From assembly GCA_034780895.1 (NCBI GenBank), contig JAUZTB010000066.1:16284633-16348632 (forward strand): DNA of 64,000 bases, given 5' to 3'. The notes beneath the pieces were generated by a model. It saw only the letters and a program-made list of their open reading frames with translations, was not told the origin of the DNA and searched no databases. Below are positions 1 to 12,030 of this stretch, piece after piece. Both the position numbers and the translations under genes were made by a program. Each line of letters starts with the position of its first letter. Positions within the stretch are counted from its first letter, which is position 1. This DNA comes from Rhynchobatus australiae (Eukaryota).

Positions 1-443
1 TCCTTGAAAATTTTGCCATTCGTATTCTAACTTATTCAATGTGAGTTTTATAACTCGGTAGAATTGAAACGGTTAATTTTAACATTATATTCATTAAAAA
101 AAATTAGACCACGAGGAAGTCCGATTTTTATGTATTTAAAAATTTTACGGTAATTATTTTATCTGAATTTTTAATTTTAGCTTATTTTGATTAATTAAAG
201 TTACATTCCATTTAGAAATAGTAGGCGGCCATTTTAATACAAAGAAGTAGAGATAAGGTGTAAAGTTTTTAAAGGATAATTTTTGGGTAGTTAGTTCCAT
301 AAAATGGATATTCATAAGATAGTATTCTGAATGAAAATGGGTAGAGACCTAAAAATAACCAAGAAACTTCCAGTTTGTTCTGCCACAACACCTTGTTCAT
401 AAACAGAGCACTGACATTTAAAGACATTAAAACATCAATTTTT

Positions 444-468
444 TTTATTAAAAAGTCACAAATTTATT
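444..468 (-). other. Candidate polyadenylation signals for the Lhx gene (AATAAA twice; another at 753-758)
   Basis: Plus-strand tttatt at 444-449 and 463-468, downstream of the last exon. The region is AT-rich, so chance occurrence is possible. Confidence 0.3.
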
Positions 469-991
469 CAACATGTTTTTTTTCATTTATACAGTGAATG
501 GTCTAATATGCAACGGAGGTCACAGAAGCTTAGGCCTATCATTATGACAAAAATTGATATCATGAGGAATTCTATACTGTATAAAGAAAAAAGTAGCAGC
601 TATCAACTGCATATTTGACCATGTAGTAAAATTGTTTAAATATTTGACCTTTCGTTTCTGTAAGACACAAAAATAAAATCCTGTATGAATCTATATGAGC
701 ATTATTAACAATATGAATGATTTCTATGAGAGAGCTAAAAATGAGCAGAAAGTTTATTTTTAACACTCTCTTTCTGAACACTTTCTCCAGTGGATGGTGC
801 AATGCACCTACAGTAATTGTGCTATGACTTATCTATTTGGCACCTTTCTAGTTTGTTTCTCCACTTTTGTAAACATACGCAAAAAAAAATCACTTTGTAC
901 AAGCTGGAGCTGTGAACCATAACTCCAGTAAAATTTTTTGTACATCTTTTGGAAACAAATAAAAAGGTTTGGTTACATGATGCCCGTTTGT

Positions 992-1437
992 TCAACTCAG
1001 ATCAAGAGGTTCTAAAATGTTTTCTAAAACATTAAACTCCTGAATTAAATATAATACGTAAACAGTAGACTCTTTCAGTTCATTTATGAGCTTCTTTTTG
1101 TTGTTCAGCTTTGTGTAGGTAGAGTAGTTTGCGTTGAAGTCTTGAGGGCTCCCGAACGCCTTTGTCTTTTCTGAAATGTGTACTTTTTGGGTTTTAGAAA
1201 CTCCGCTCAGAATGCCGTCCCGTTCAAAACTTTGTTGCTCCACTAACTCGTTGCAATTTTCTCCTCGTTTGAGGCTTTCGCTTTTTTTAAAAAAAAATGT
1301 TATTTCAGTATTTTTGTGACGAGTTTTGTTTGATGATCTGGCCTCGTTCTTGCTGACCGGGCAGCGAGCGAATTGTCTTTGGGGTGGGAGAGAGCGCGGA
1401 GAGGGAGACACATTGTCACTTTCACTAATTTCCGCCA
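992..1437 (-). CDS. Possible in-frame C-terminal extension of exon 5 (~148 aa, ends TGA at 992-994)
   Basis: Stop-free frame AEISESDNVSPSPRSLPPQRQF...NILEPLDLS*, in the same frame as exon 5 across the 143-N gap. No recognised homology. Confidence 0.45.
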
Positions 1438-1580
1438 NNNNNNNNNNNNNNNNNNNNNNNNNNNNNNNNNNNNNNNNNNNNNNNNNNNNNNNNNNNNNNN
1501 NNNNNNNNNNNNNNNNNNNNNNNNNNNNNNNNNNNNNNNNNNNNNNNNNNNNNNNNNNNNNNNNNNNNNNNNNNNNNNNN

Positions 1581-1842
1581 CCCGTTAGCCCCGGCTCTGG
1601 GCTGGGAGAGTCCCCATGTGAGTGAGAGATCATGTCGGTAAACCTCTGGCCGTCGCCTGGCCCCGGAAGATTGCTCGGGTGGTGGCCAGGCAGTGGATGC
1701 TCGAGTCCGCCGAGTGGGGTCGCCCCAGGCCCGGAGGAGGGCACAAAACCCAGATCCACCGGAGTCTGAGCTTGAGATGAGGGAGGACCTTGAGGGAAGA
1801 AATCGTAATTGCTTCCAGGGCCATAATATTCAGTCTGATAAT
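1581..1842 (-). CDS. LHX1: Lhx1-like coding exon 5, sequenced conserved part (runs into the N gap 1438-1580)
   Basis: ccacag| acceptor, [57 protein letters not shown]...[21 protein letters not shown], matching the Lhx1 C-terminal region. The stop is either in the gap or at 992-994. Confidence 0.93.
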
Positions 1843-4800
1843 CTGTGGAGGCAAAAACAGGAACAAATAAAGCTACATATGCAACGTTAGGCAATCTTAC
1901 ACATTGCGGTTGCAAGACGTCAAGTACAAATAAACCTCAGAATTAGTAAATTGCATTAACAGATATTAGGCTTTCTCGGTAAGTATTAACAAAGCATTGA
2001 TCAAAAGCAAAACGTGAGAAAAGAGAAATCATTATGGAAGCATAATAAAATTATACAAAATTCCTTAAAACAACGTGGTAAAGTATGAAATGTCTAACTT
2101 GAGCTTGCATTGCGAATACATTAGAACTGAAATCGGTCATGTTGGTTTAACTCCTTTCCACATTCGCTTAGTGTCAAATAGAAGCAGCTCCATATATAAT
2201 TGGCCCTTAAATATACTAAACCCCAACCTAGTTAATCCGCTTCCAAGACACAGATAGGTTTACAATTTGGTTTAAAGATTTAACCAATAGAAAGCCTTGC
2301 GCATTTTATACCCAAATTATTTCATTTCATTGTTATTCTTTGTAAGCCACTCAGATTGATCTGCGGTCAACATGAAATCTGTGACCAGGAACTCAATCTT
2401 CACATATCTCTGGGAACCGCAGAGTCCTGCGTTGAGTTCTATAGCAATGTGAAATGAATCGGGATCAACGTTCGAAGAGACCTAACTATATTAAAAATGC
2501 CTTCCTATTCAATAATGCACAATTATATGGAAGGTCCTTAAAACAAAACAAAATATTTGCAAAATTATAGATATTTTAATTCTTGGCGGCTAAAACATTT
2601 ATTAAATTCTTTTACGGCTATGGAACAGACATCAAGAACAGTTTCTTTTTGTTTTGGGTGGGGAACACTTAATTATTTTCTCTTTTTGCTGGTGCCCCTG
2701 GTATTCTAGCAACCCGAAAACGGTGGATCAGAATCATTCTAAATTCACGATGCAACGCGCAAAGTGCAAGGGAAACAAAAAACATGTTTTTGTTCTAATT
2801 TATACCCTATTTGTAAATCAGATTGACATCTTTTTCTCCCTCTAAAGATTTCATTTCTGTAAGTGAAATTGAAGCAGATGTGATTGCAAACAAACGCTTG
2901 GGAAACTATTCTGTGTTATTAATCCTTATCACACAGAAGGTCTGGCGCAGCAGGGTCCCACTTTTTGAATAATGCTCACTCATTTTACACAATCGCAACC
3001 GCTCTCACAAAAACACCACTCAACTAGTCATTTTAGAGCATTCGGCAAATAACAACCTGCCACGTTAGAATCGTAGCTTGAAAAATATTATAAAATAGTT
3101 TATTATTCTGAACCGAGTTTTAAGTCTGCACGCGAAATTATTAGTTACNNNNNNNNNNNNNNNNNNNNNNNNNNNNNNNNNNNNNNNNNNNNNNNNNNNN
3201 NNNNNNNNNNNNNNNNNNNNNNNNNNNATCCTGGTATTTAAAAACAATACTTCATGCATCAACAATAATAATACTTCCCGAATCTTAATGAGATCCGTTT
3301 TTTGTTTAAAAAAGTTAGTACGCAGTTAGTCTTAAGGGTTCAGTTCGTCCTTTTGACAAGCGTTCTGAAATTCATCCGGCTCTGCTTTTCCCCCGTAAAA
3401 TGTATTTTTGTTTGCTTTTCAGCTACGGCACTCTACCTCCGACTAATTCCTTTCTCCAATTCAGCCTGAATGCCTGTTAATTTACATAAGTAAATGAAAT
3501 GGAGAATATGCGTACTGACACTGGCCGCCTTGACTAAGCTAAAAGATGAATGAAAATATTGCCGGGATTTTAAAACCAGCTAATAGAATTATTGAAAACT
3601 TGAGTGCGCTCATGTCCGAGCTCATTTTAATTTCAAATTTGTTGTTTCAGTGAGAGATGGAACATAGGGGGATCCCTGCCAGTTGGTCCGATTGTCACTG
3701 TGTTTAAAATAGCGTTTTTAAAATGTTTTCTTTTTAGGGTACTTGAGAGATAAACGTACCAGCAATTAACAGCCCAGAACAATCCAATGTAAATAAAAAA
3801 AATCATCTTGCCAACAGTGCATATTTAAAGAATGCTTAAAGAAAAAATGCTGTTGTTTAAAAAATGATTATATATCATATTATTCCTGTGAAATTAATAT
3901 TAAAAATGCAAAATTGCGGCTTAAATAGAAACGTTTTTATTTGAGTAGGTTAAAGGAATGTGGTTGCAACATTTACACTTCGTGCTACGGTCTTGTTCGA
4001 ACCTCCTCCTTATGCTGTACNNNNNNNNNNNNNNNNNNNNNNNNNNNNNNNNNNNNNNNNNNNNNNNNNNNNNNNNNNNNNNNNNNNNNNNNNNNNNNNN
4101 NNNNNNNNNNNNNNNNNNNNNNNNNNNNNNNNNNNNNNNNNNNNNNNNNNNNNNNNNNNNNNNNNNNNNNNNNNNNNNNNNNNNNNNNNNNNNNNNNNNN
4201 NNNNNNNNNNNNNNNNNNNNNNNNNNNNNNNNNNNNNNNNNNNNNNNNNNNNNNNNNNNNNNNNNNNNNNNNNNNNNNNNNNNNNNNNNNNNNNNNNNNN
4301 NNNNNNNNNNNNNNNNNNNNNNNNNNNNNNNNNNNNNNNNNNNNNNNNNNNNNNNNNNNNNNNNNNNNNNNNNNNNNNNNNNNNNNNNNNNNNNNNNNNN
4401 NNNNNNNNNNNATAGTCATTATAATTAAAAAGTAAGTATTTATCATATTATATTACTTTGCCCGTGACGAAATGGTTATTTAAGTTAAAATAGGGAAAGA
4501 TATAATACATAATATGACAAATGCATAAACAATGCATTTCCATTTTTTTCAAAATAGTTCTTTTAAAAATGCGATGTTCTTTAACTTCATGGCATTCTCT
4601 ACTTAGGCATGCTCTCCAAACTCTCTATTTGAAAATAAATCCTACAGTTCAAACCATCTTAACATACCTAATTTTAGCAGGAATACTGGAAACCTTTAAA
4701 CCTATTTTTAGAACTTGTGTATCATTAGTAACCCCAATCCTATGGGAATACATCATTCTCCCGTTCTCTGGGTCTTTTTTTATACAAACTTATGTGCATA

Positions 4801-5202
4801 TGGGAACATATGGTGTGATTACTTCAGATCTTTTTGTATATTCTTGTGGTTATCCTAAGCGGACCATTTATTGCAGACACTACTTTTGGGGGTTCCTTGT
4901 TCCTCAATGGGATATTGTGCTGCTTAGTTGATTCTGTACATGAAACTGATCTGACATTGACAAGTAGATGGTTGAGAGAAAAGATATACTTTAGCCTTAA
5001 AATAGCACGGAGAGTCTCTTCGTATAATCAGTGATTGAATAAGTCAATAAAAAGTCAATAAATGGCTAACTTCATACTGTATTTCAATTGTCCGTCAATA
5101 CATGACTGTAAAACTGAATTTGCAGCCTCTTTCTCATTAAATAAGTAATCAGTTTTTAAGCACATCCTGGGGAGTGTTTAACAGAAATGAATTGGGACTT
5201 AC

Positions 5203-5368
5203 CCCCGTAGTAATTGAAAGGGCCGTTTCCCATCATGTCAGCCCCGTCGAGGCGATCTCCCAGGGGTCTCATCCGTCTGGGGCTGCGGAAAAACGCGTGT
5301 CTACGAGCCCCTAAAGCACTCAGCTGCTTCATCCGCCTCTCCTTGGACCTCCTGTTCTGGAACCAGAC
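5203..5368 (-). CDS. LHX1: Lhx1-like coding exon 4 (homeodomain helix 3 and flank)
   Basis: ccccag| acceptor, [56 protein letters not shown]|gtaagt donor. 166 bp. Confidence 0.95.
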
Positions 5369-7201
5369 CTGGGGCACAAAGCAGCCACGAGAATCCTTTT
5401 ATTTCGACAATCCTGAGTTAATATTAAACCATACTTACAACGTAAACACTGGTCTTCCAATCCCATAGTTTAGAATTAAGGCAAACCTGAAGCACATAAA
5501 AGCTTTGCTTTAACTACACTGCAACATTAATCTCAAACCAGTCTTGAAACGCAGGTTGCTAATGTTTACATCATCCTGTTTCAAAAGACGAAAGAAAGCC
5601 AGAAACCCTTCCCAGAATTAAACATTAAAACGCATTAACAACAGTCTTGCCAAGTCTCTCAATAATGTCCTCTCGATTCCTGACTCTTAGAATACCATTC
5701 AGCGTTTGGAATATGCTTTGAAGTTTAATTATAACTCGACTTCCTTCTTACAACAAACATTCATCTGCAGAATCAGGAGATGTGGTGGAATAATGGTTGA
5801 ATTGTCATATCTTGGGAAAATAACATTCGAGAAAGGAAGTAACTCTTAAAATGACACAAAGGTAAACGTTTTTCGCCAATTCACGTTATAAAATTGAAAA
5901 TAATGGGCGCATTATTGTTCGAATTTTAAGTTTCACAATATCACAATAAGCAAGCATTTAATAATCCGAAGATTACATTGAAAATGGAATGAATGATTAA
6001 AACAGTTTGTGCAGAAGCGATATGAAATTGAAAAAAAATTACAAGAGTACAACTTGTTTTGTAAGACAGGTGAAGGGTTGTGAAACTGATTCCCGTTGCT
6101 CTGTAAGATTATAAGTAATTATTGTCCCTGGCCTGGGGCTGGTGCGCTCTTTATTTAACCCAGGTCAGCAAAGTGACGGCCTTATCCTTTGGGTAACCTA
6201 CTTCACAACTCTTTATTTATTCCACAGTTCGAACAAGTGACGACAGTGTTTCCGTTTTGCACTCCCTATCTGGTGTTACTACCCCATTACAGCAGAATCG
6301 CGTTTCTCTCTCAGCTGCCTCAGATTTGGGGCCCTCTTCTCTCCATCCAGTCCAGAGCTGAAGCTGCCGAGTCCATAAAACGCTTAGTTCTTTTAAAGTA
6401 AAACCAATTTAATTAGGGAGGAGGGGTCGGTCTCTATTCTCGCCCTTACACTCCAATTTGTCAGTTGCCCCACCATATACTCGGGTATTTCTGTCCACTT
6501 CCCCTCGCTGGTTATATCTCCTAAACAGCGTGGCCTCGGACAGTTTACAATGCTCTACGTTGCTGCTGGTATCCCGGTGGGGTGTTTCTCCTGTTTCCAG
6601 CTTGACAATTGTTCGTCCTGTCCTGACCACAGCATAACTACAACCGCCCGCTTTACTTATATTTGCTTGGACCCGGCTTGACCTCTCGGGTGCAGTCTTC
6701 TGAGTCCTCTCAGCTTCCCGTGTTCATTTCTATCATATTTTACCCGAATAAAGAGGCTTGTTTACCTAGCTTTTCTAGTCTAGCTTCGTTTCATATGTTA
6801 TATACTTTATATACATTTCCCTACTGCGACGTATCCTACTACGGTAATCTATCTTTTTTGTTACAAGAAACCGCTCGGAGGATTTATCCAGACCCAGTAG
6901 TATCCACGAGCAGCGCCCGCTGGTTATCCGTTGGGAGTCCGACCTCTACCCACTTGCCACGTTTGGATGGCTTCCCCGATTTAAGTGTTCTTTACACTAT
7001 TTCTCAATTTCAAAACACCTTTATCTTCATCTCCTGAAGCACATTTCCATTGAAACACTCAAACGCTTCTCCTCAAGTTTTATATTGACTCTAAATAATT
7101 GTCCCTGCCTCCCCTCCCCCCCCACCCGCTCCAAGCCACCCCGACCACCACTCCGTGCTTATGTTGAAATTCGCACTCTCAGTTCTGGATGGCTCTCTTA
7201 C

Positions 7202-7479
7202 CTGTATAACCCTCATGTTTAGTCCGGTTTCCTGAGCTAGTTGCTCTCGGATGTGCCTTGTGGGTTTGGGGGTGGCTGCAAATGCCGCCTTGAGAGTTTC
7301 CAGCTGTTTTGCTTTGATGGTTGTGCGGGGTCCCCGGCGCTTGGCTCCCAGGTTCTGTTCCTCGTTCTCGTTATTGGCAGTCTCTTTATCTGAAATATTG
7401 GCGCTTTCTGAGTCCTTTGTGTCATCTTGTAAATGATCTTGAGAATCCGGTGATAAACTTTGATCGCTGCATGCCGTTA
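7202..7479 (-). CDS. LHX1: Lhx1-like coding exon 3 (acidic linker and most of the homeodomain)
   Basis: tacag| acceptor, [14 protein letters not shown]...[54 protein letters not shown]|gtaaga donor. 278 bp. Confidence 0.95.
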
Positions 7480-8209
7480 CTGTACAACGCACAAAATGAC
7501 GTGGGATGAAGAATGGGTTCACATCACGTAAATAACCGATTTAACGATGATAATCACCGAGATTTTATTAATAATTGATATATAGCCCCTTTGGAGCGCC
7601 GCTTTACTGCATTTTAACATGTTAAAATGAAATATTTACCAACACCCCAGCTTTAAATGATATGATTTCAAATTAACTAACTGTCCGAATTAATCTTCCC
7701 CAAAGCGTATTATTCGTACGTTGTGGTTATATTAAAATGAAAGTGCAGAAACAAAATAGCACAGGGAAAAAAAAGTTTAGACATCTAATCCGGAACAATG
7801 GACATACAGAGTAGTGTCATTTAAAAGCTACATACAAAAAAATGTACATTTTGCTACTCGCCATAATGCATAAATTAGTAAATAGTGTTTAAATCACCAG
7901 TAAATAACTGCTAAAATGGACAGGAGTCGGCGTTGGGGGCGAGATGGGTCTTAAAACCATACTGCTATGTCCGCTAACCGTTGAAATATAAAAATACACA
8001 ATCCGAATCCCCATTCATTATGTAATACCGATAAACATTGTTTCGTAAAGTATTCAATTTGTTAAAACACCCGAGACGAGATAACAGTAAAGCTATAAGT
8101 TATTGATCAACATATTAGAGTAAACAGTTACAGGGACACGCTGTCGCCCGGCTTCCTAATGAGCATAAATAAATATACATATACAAATACAATGAGGATT
8201 TGGCCTTAC

Positions 8210-8433
8210 GTGACAGCGAACCGTTTTCTTTCGAATTATTGCTGTTTAAAAAATCGTCTTTGCAAACAAATTTGTTTTCATCGATGATGTAGAGCTCTTC
8301 CCCGGTGGAAAGTTGTTTGTTGCATATCATACAAGTAAAACAGTTCAGATGAAAGACTTTGCTCCTCGCTCTCCTCACCAGATCGCTCGGGGAGATACCC
8401 TGATAGCAGCCGGCACACTTGGTACCAAAACGA
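8210..8433 (-). CDS. LHX1: Lhx1-like coding exon 2 (LIM domain 2)
   Basis: ttttcag| acceptor, [75 protein letters not shown]|gtaagg donor. 224 bp, phases compatible with exons 1 and 3. Confidence 0.95.
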
Positions 8434-10618
8434 CTGAAAAGCACCACAGTAGGGGGAAAATGGTCAAAGGAAGTTTTAATTCTGTTTAGTATATATATGG
8501 TTAACTGCATGATACTAATCTCGTAGAAAGGCGTTAATTTACATTCATGGTGGATGGATTATTGTTAATATAACACTTGTCTTGCTCCAAAGTGTCCAGG
8601 GGCGTATAAACGGAAGAAACGTCGCCTATATTTGTATAGATCTGCGTTATCAAGCAACCGAGACCAGACTAAATCGGGACCGACACATCGGCGTGTGACA
8701 GATTGATCAGTGGACTATTACATTTAGAAAATCGACTGAAAATGAGCGCAAACAATTTATGAGAAATCCATGTCAGCAAACTGGCCAAAAGTGACAGAAT
8801 GTTATGTGGGGTGCCTCACAATGAACCAGATTGACACTGTCGTTCAGCTCGGAGCTTGCACTTCACAGTGCGGCTGATTTTCCTTCTTATTCGCATTAAC
8901 CAACGCGATATATTATGTTTTGCCCCATTTCAATTCAATGTACANNNNNNNNNNCTTTATTAAAAGTGTTTGTAGCAATTTATCTAAAATAAGTTTTTCA
9001 TTGTCGGCAAAATTAAAACCATTCGTGTGCACAATAACTAATTATAATACAGCGTAAATTAATGCATGCATACGGCCAGATAAAGCCTAACTTAGTCAAT
9101 ATCGATTTTAACATATATAAAACAAAACTTGCCCGTTAAAATTACAGGTATTTTTCTGTTTTCCTCTTTAAATATTTCGGCATAATGTTTATTTTTAGTG
9201 TATTTCTTGATCAAGCGAGTGTTTGACGAAATTGTATAACAGGTGAGCATTAACCATTCAACGCTATGCAAGTTTATCGACATATTTTAAAAGCAAGGGA
9301 AAGGCAAACTCATTTTATTTGAGGCAAAGAGATGCAAGTGAGAAATGCGTTTTTTTAAATATCGTGTGAAGCATGTCGTGCATAAACTAAAACAATATTC
9401 TACTGAAAACGATAGTTTTAAAGAATCTCATTTTCATGCTGGGTGTAAAATTCATTGGATTAATAAATGTTACGTCATTTACAGGTGACGGCAGATTGAA
9501 ATGATGATGGCGTATGATCCCGGAGGAGGAAGGAGATTTCAGGAGTGCCTGATTAGAAAGGTCTTCAAACTTGACATTAAACCATTCATTAATAATAACT
9601 GAGGGGGTGGTTGGTTCAATCAATGGTTCCGGTATATAAGCAATAGGTAAAAGATATTTTGCTGTCACATTAGCTTCTGCAACTTGAATCAGACTAATAC
9701 TTTTAAGGGACTAGTACTGTAACAACTTTCTTAGTTAAAGAAAGCGAGGAAGAATGAATTCAAGTTAAATTAGTTAAAGAAAGTGAAATATATTATTTCA
9801 AGAAAAGCCTTATTCGCACACGCATGCCGCATGGTTGCAAATTACAATTAAACTGTAAAAAGTTTGATAGAAATAATTGATTCAACGAGAAAGATGGATG
9901 TCACTCATCACTAAATTTACTATCAAACTCAGGTTGTACGTTTGGTTACATTTGGTTCATGAGACTGGGAATTACAATTGTGTAGCTATTTGTGCAGTCT
10001 ACTTAGGTGATTGCTAACAAAGGTTTGTCCATGTGTCCTTTGTCTATGGTTTCCTCTTCAAACACTTTGTTATTCAAAATCACTTATCACATCGTTACCA
10101 AAAAAAAAGAAAACACCAAGGACGTAGACAGAGCCGATGGATTTCCTCCAGGATTCGTACTTATTGATCTTTGCTTTAATTTGCCTCAGCAAAAGAAAAG
10201 TGCGAGCTCTATTTTCTCTTGCTGAATACACATTTTCCGCATTACAAGATCAGCAAAGTTACTACTGATCGTGGTTGAAAAGGACGTGTGTAAATACGTT
10301 CACGCAATTCAGCTGTTTTACCGTGCAGCAGTAAATAGTTATGTATAGGATTTATGATGAATCTTTCAAGTTGCAATTCCTTTTCCTCGCCTAACCGAAC
10401 GACACATGCTTTATAAATATGAAAGTTATCCAACAGTACTATTTAAACTAACTATAAGACACGTATTAATTTTATTCACTAAGTACTATTCTAGTGTCTT
10501 GGCAAACAGATAAAACAACAAAATTTCAGTCTCGGCATAATGTAAAACAAACTTGAAGCTAACGCAATACGAACATAACATGCATGATGATGCCTTAAAG
10601 TCAGACCATTGCACTTAC

Positions 10619-10788
10619 CGAAAGAAGTCGTTCTTGCAGTAGAGCTTCCCTTCTCGTGAAAAACATTTTTCTGTTAAATTGCATTTGCATTCGCAGCACT
10701 GCACACACTTCACATGCCAAGCTCGGTCCAGGACGTTTAATAGGAACCTATCAAGAATAGGCCTTTCGCACCCCGCACAGTGTACCAT
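10619..10788 (-). CDS. LHX1: Lhx1/Lhx5-family LIM-homeobox gene, coding exon 1 (LIM domain 1)
   Basis: Reverse strand reads [60 protein letters not shown] is in a good context (aagacaATGG), the exon is 170 bp and ends at a CG|gtaagt donor. The symbol marks the closest family member; orthology is uncertain. Confidence 0.95.
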
Positions 10789-11339
10789 TGTCTTTGGATT
10801 GTTCCCAGATAATGAGATAGCTGACGGTTAGATATTTGGCTGGTAATAATGAGGTCCTCGATCGTCCAGGAGGCTGATCCTTTAGAATGGCTGTTATTAA
10901 AGGGCGATGGTTCCAACGGATTTAAATGGCCAGCGTTCTTTCTTTTGAGGTAGCTGATATCAGTCAAAGGAAATCGAAGCAGGTGTACTCCTAAAGAAAC
11001 AATCGCCCTCTTAAAGAAATTACTATAAAATAATGAAAAGCTACACTAATCAACAAGCAACAGTGCTGTCACTCTGGAGTATTGAAGTAAATGATTTACT
11101 CCAACATGACGCAAAAGATACCAGTGTTTAACTTTGCCTCTTGTCTCATAAGTTTGCTTGTATTGAACACTATCAGCAAAATTATAATACATATATATTA
11201 AATACTCCAGAAATAAAATATGGATGACAGGCCTGTGGCAAGCATTGCTTTTGATTTCATGGTTCAACTTTCCTGATCTGGAAGAGGGATATCTCCAGTC
11301 GTGTTTACTGTACGGCTGTGGTAGTGGTGTGGGTAAACA

Positions 11340-11510
11340 TGCCAATCACCGCCGCCGCTGCTCTGCCCGCCGCACGCGCTCACTCGACTGCATGTTTCCT
11401 GCAGCTCGCGCACACCTTATTCATATCGCCGTCACGCGCCCCGCCGCGTCACCGACGCCCCCGTCCAATCAGCCGTCCCGGAGCCATGGCAACCATTAAT
11501 TTATGACGGT
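11340..11510 (-). promoter_or_regulatory. CpG-island proximal promoter of the Lhx1-like gene
   Basis: Very GC/CpG-rich patch ~600 bp upstream of the ATG. Minus strand reads GTCATAAATTAAT (Hox/Cdx-like), GTTGCCATGG (RFX X-box-like), ATTGG (CCAAT), GGGGCG GC boxes, then ATGAATAAG (TATA-like). Confidence 0.65.
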
Positions 11511-11898
11511 TTTTTTTTCGGGTGTCTTTTTCTCCCCCCTTTGCCTTTGAAAGACTCGCAACATCTCGCCTAGAGAATAGCGGAAGCCGCGGCCGCTTCT
11601 GAGGTTTAGGTATAGTTGCAATTTTTTTCCGCCTTTCTTCTGTCATATCCTTCTGGGTTTTTTTTTGTATTTGGAAGGTTCATTTTGCAATTTTCATCGC
11701 GGTCGAACGGTTGACTAAAGCAAAACAACAAAAAAAAAACTCAAGAAAGTCTGTTTACATGTCCAGGCCCTCTTTCCCCTTTCGGAGTTTTTTCATTTTG
11801 CTGCTGTTGGTCATATTCTTGATGGTGTGCGGGTGAAAGAGAGAGGGGGAGAGAGAGAGGGAGAATGAGGCAGCTAAGATTCAAAGCTTGCATCTTAC

Positions 11899-12030
11899 CC
11901 CACGTTTTCTTAGCTCACGTTTCGGTCATTCTGCAGTTGTAAACTGTAGCAGATTGATTGCCCCGTTTATAAGCAAGCGGTAAGCCAAAACTGGTTGGCA
12001 GAAGTTGCGATACCTTCGTCGGGCCAATCC
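11899..12030 (-). promoter_or_regulatory. Candidate upstream alternative promoter and short non-coding first exon
   Basis: CCAAT 12024-12028, TATAAA 11966-11971 (minus), Inr-like acAGTTT near 11945, strong donor GGG|gtaaga at 11899/11898. Confidence 0.35.
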
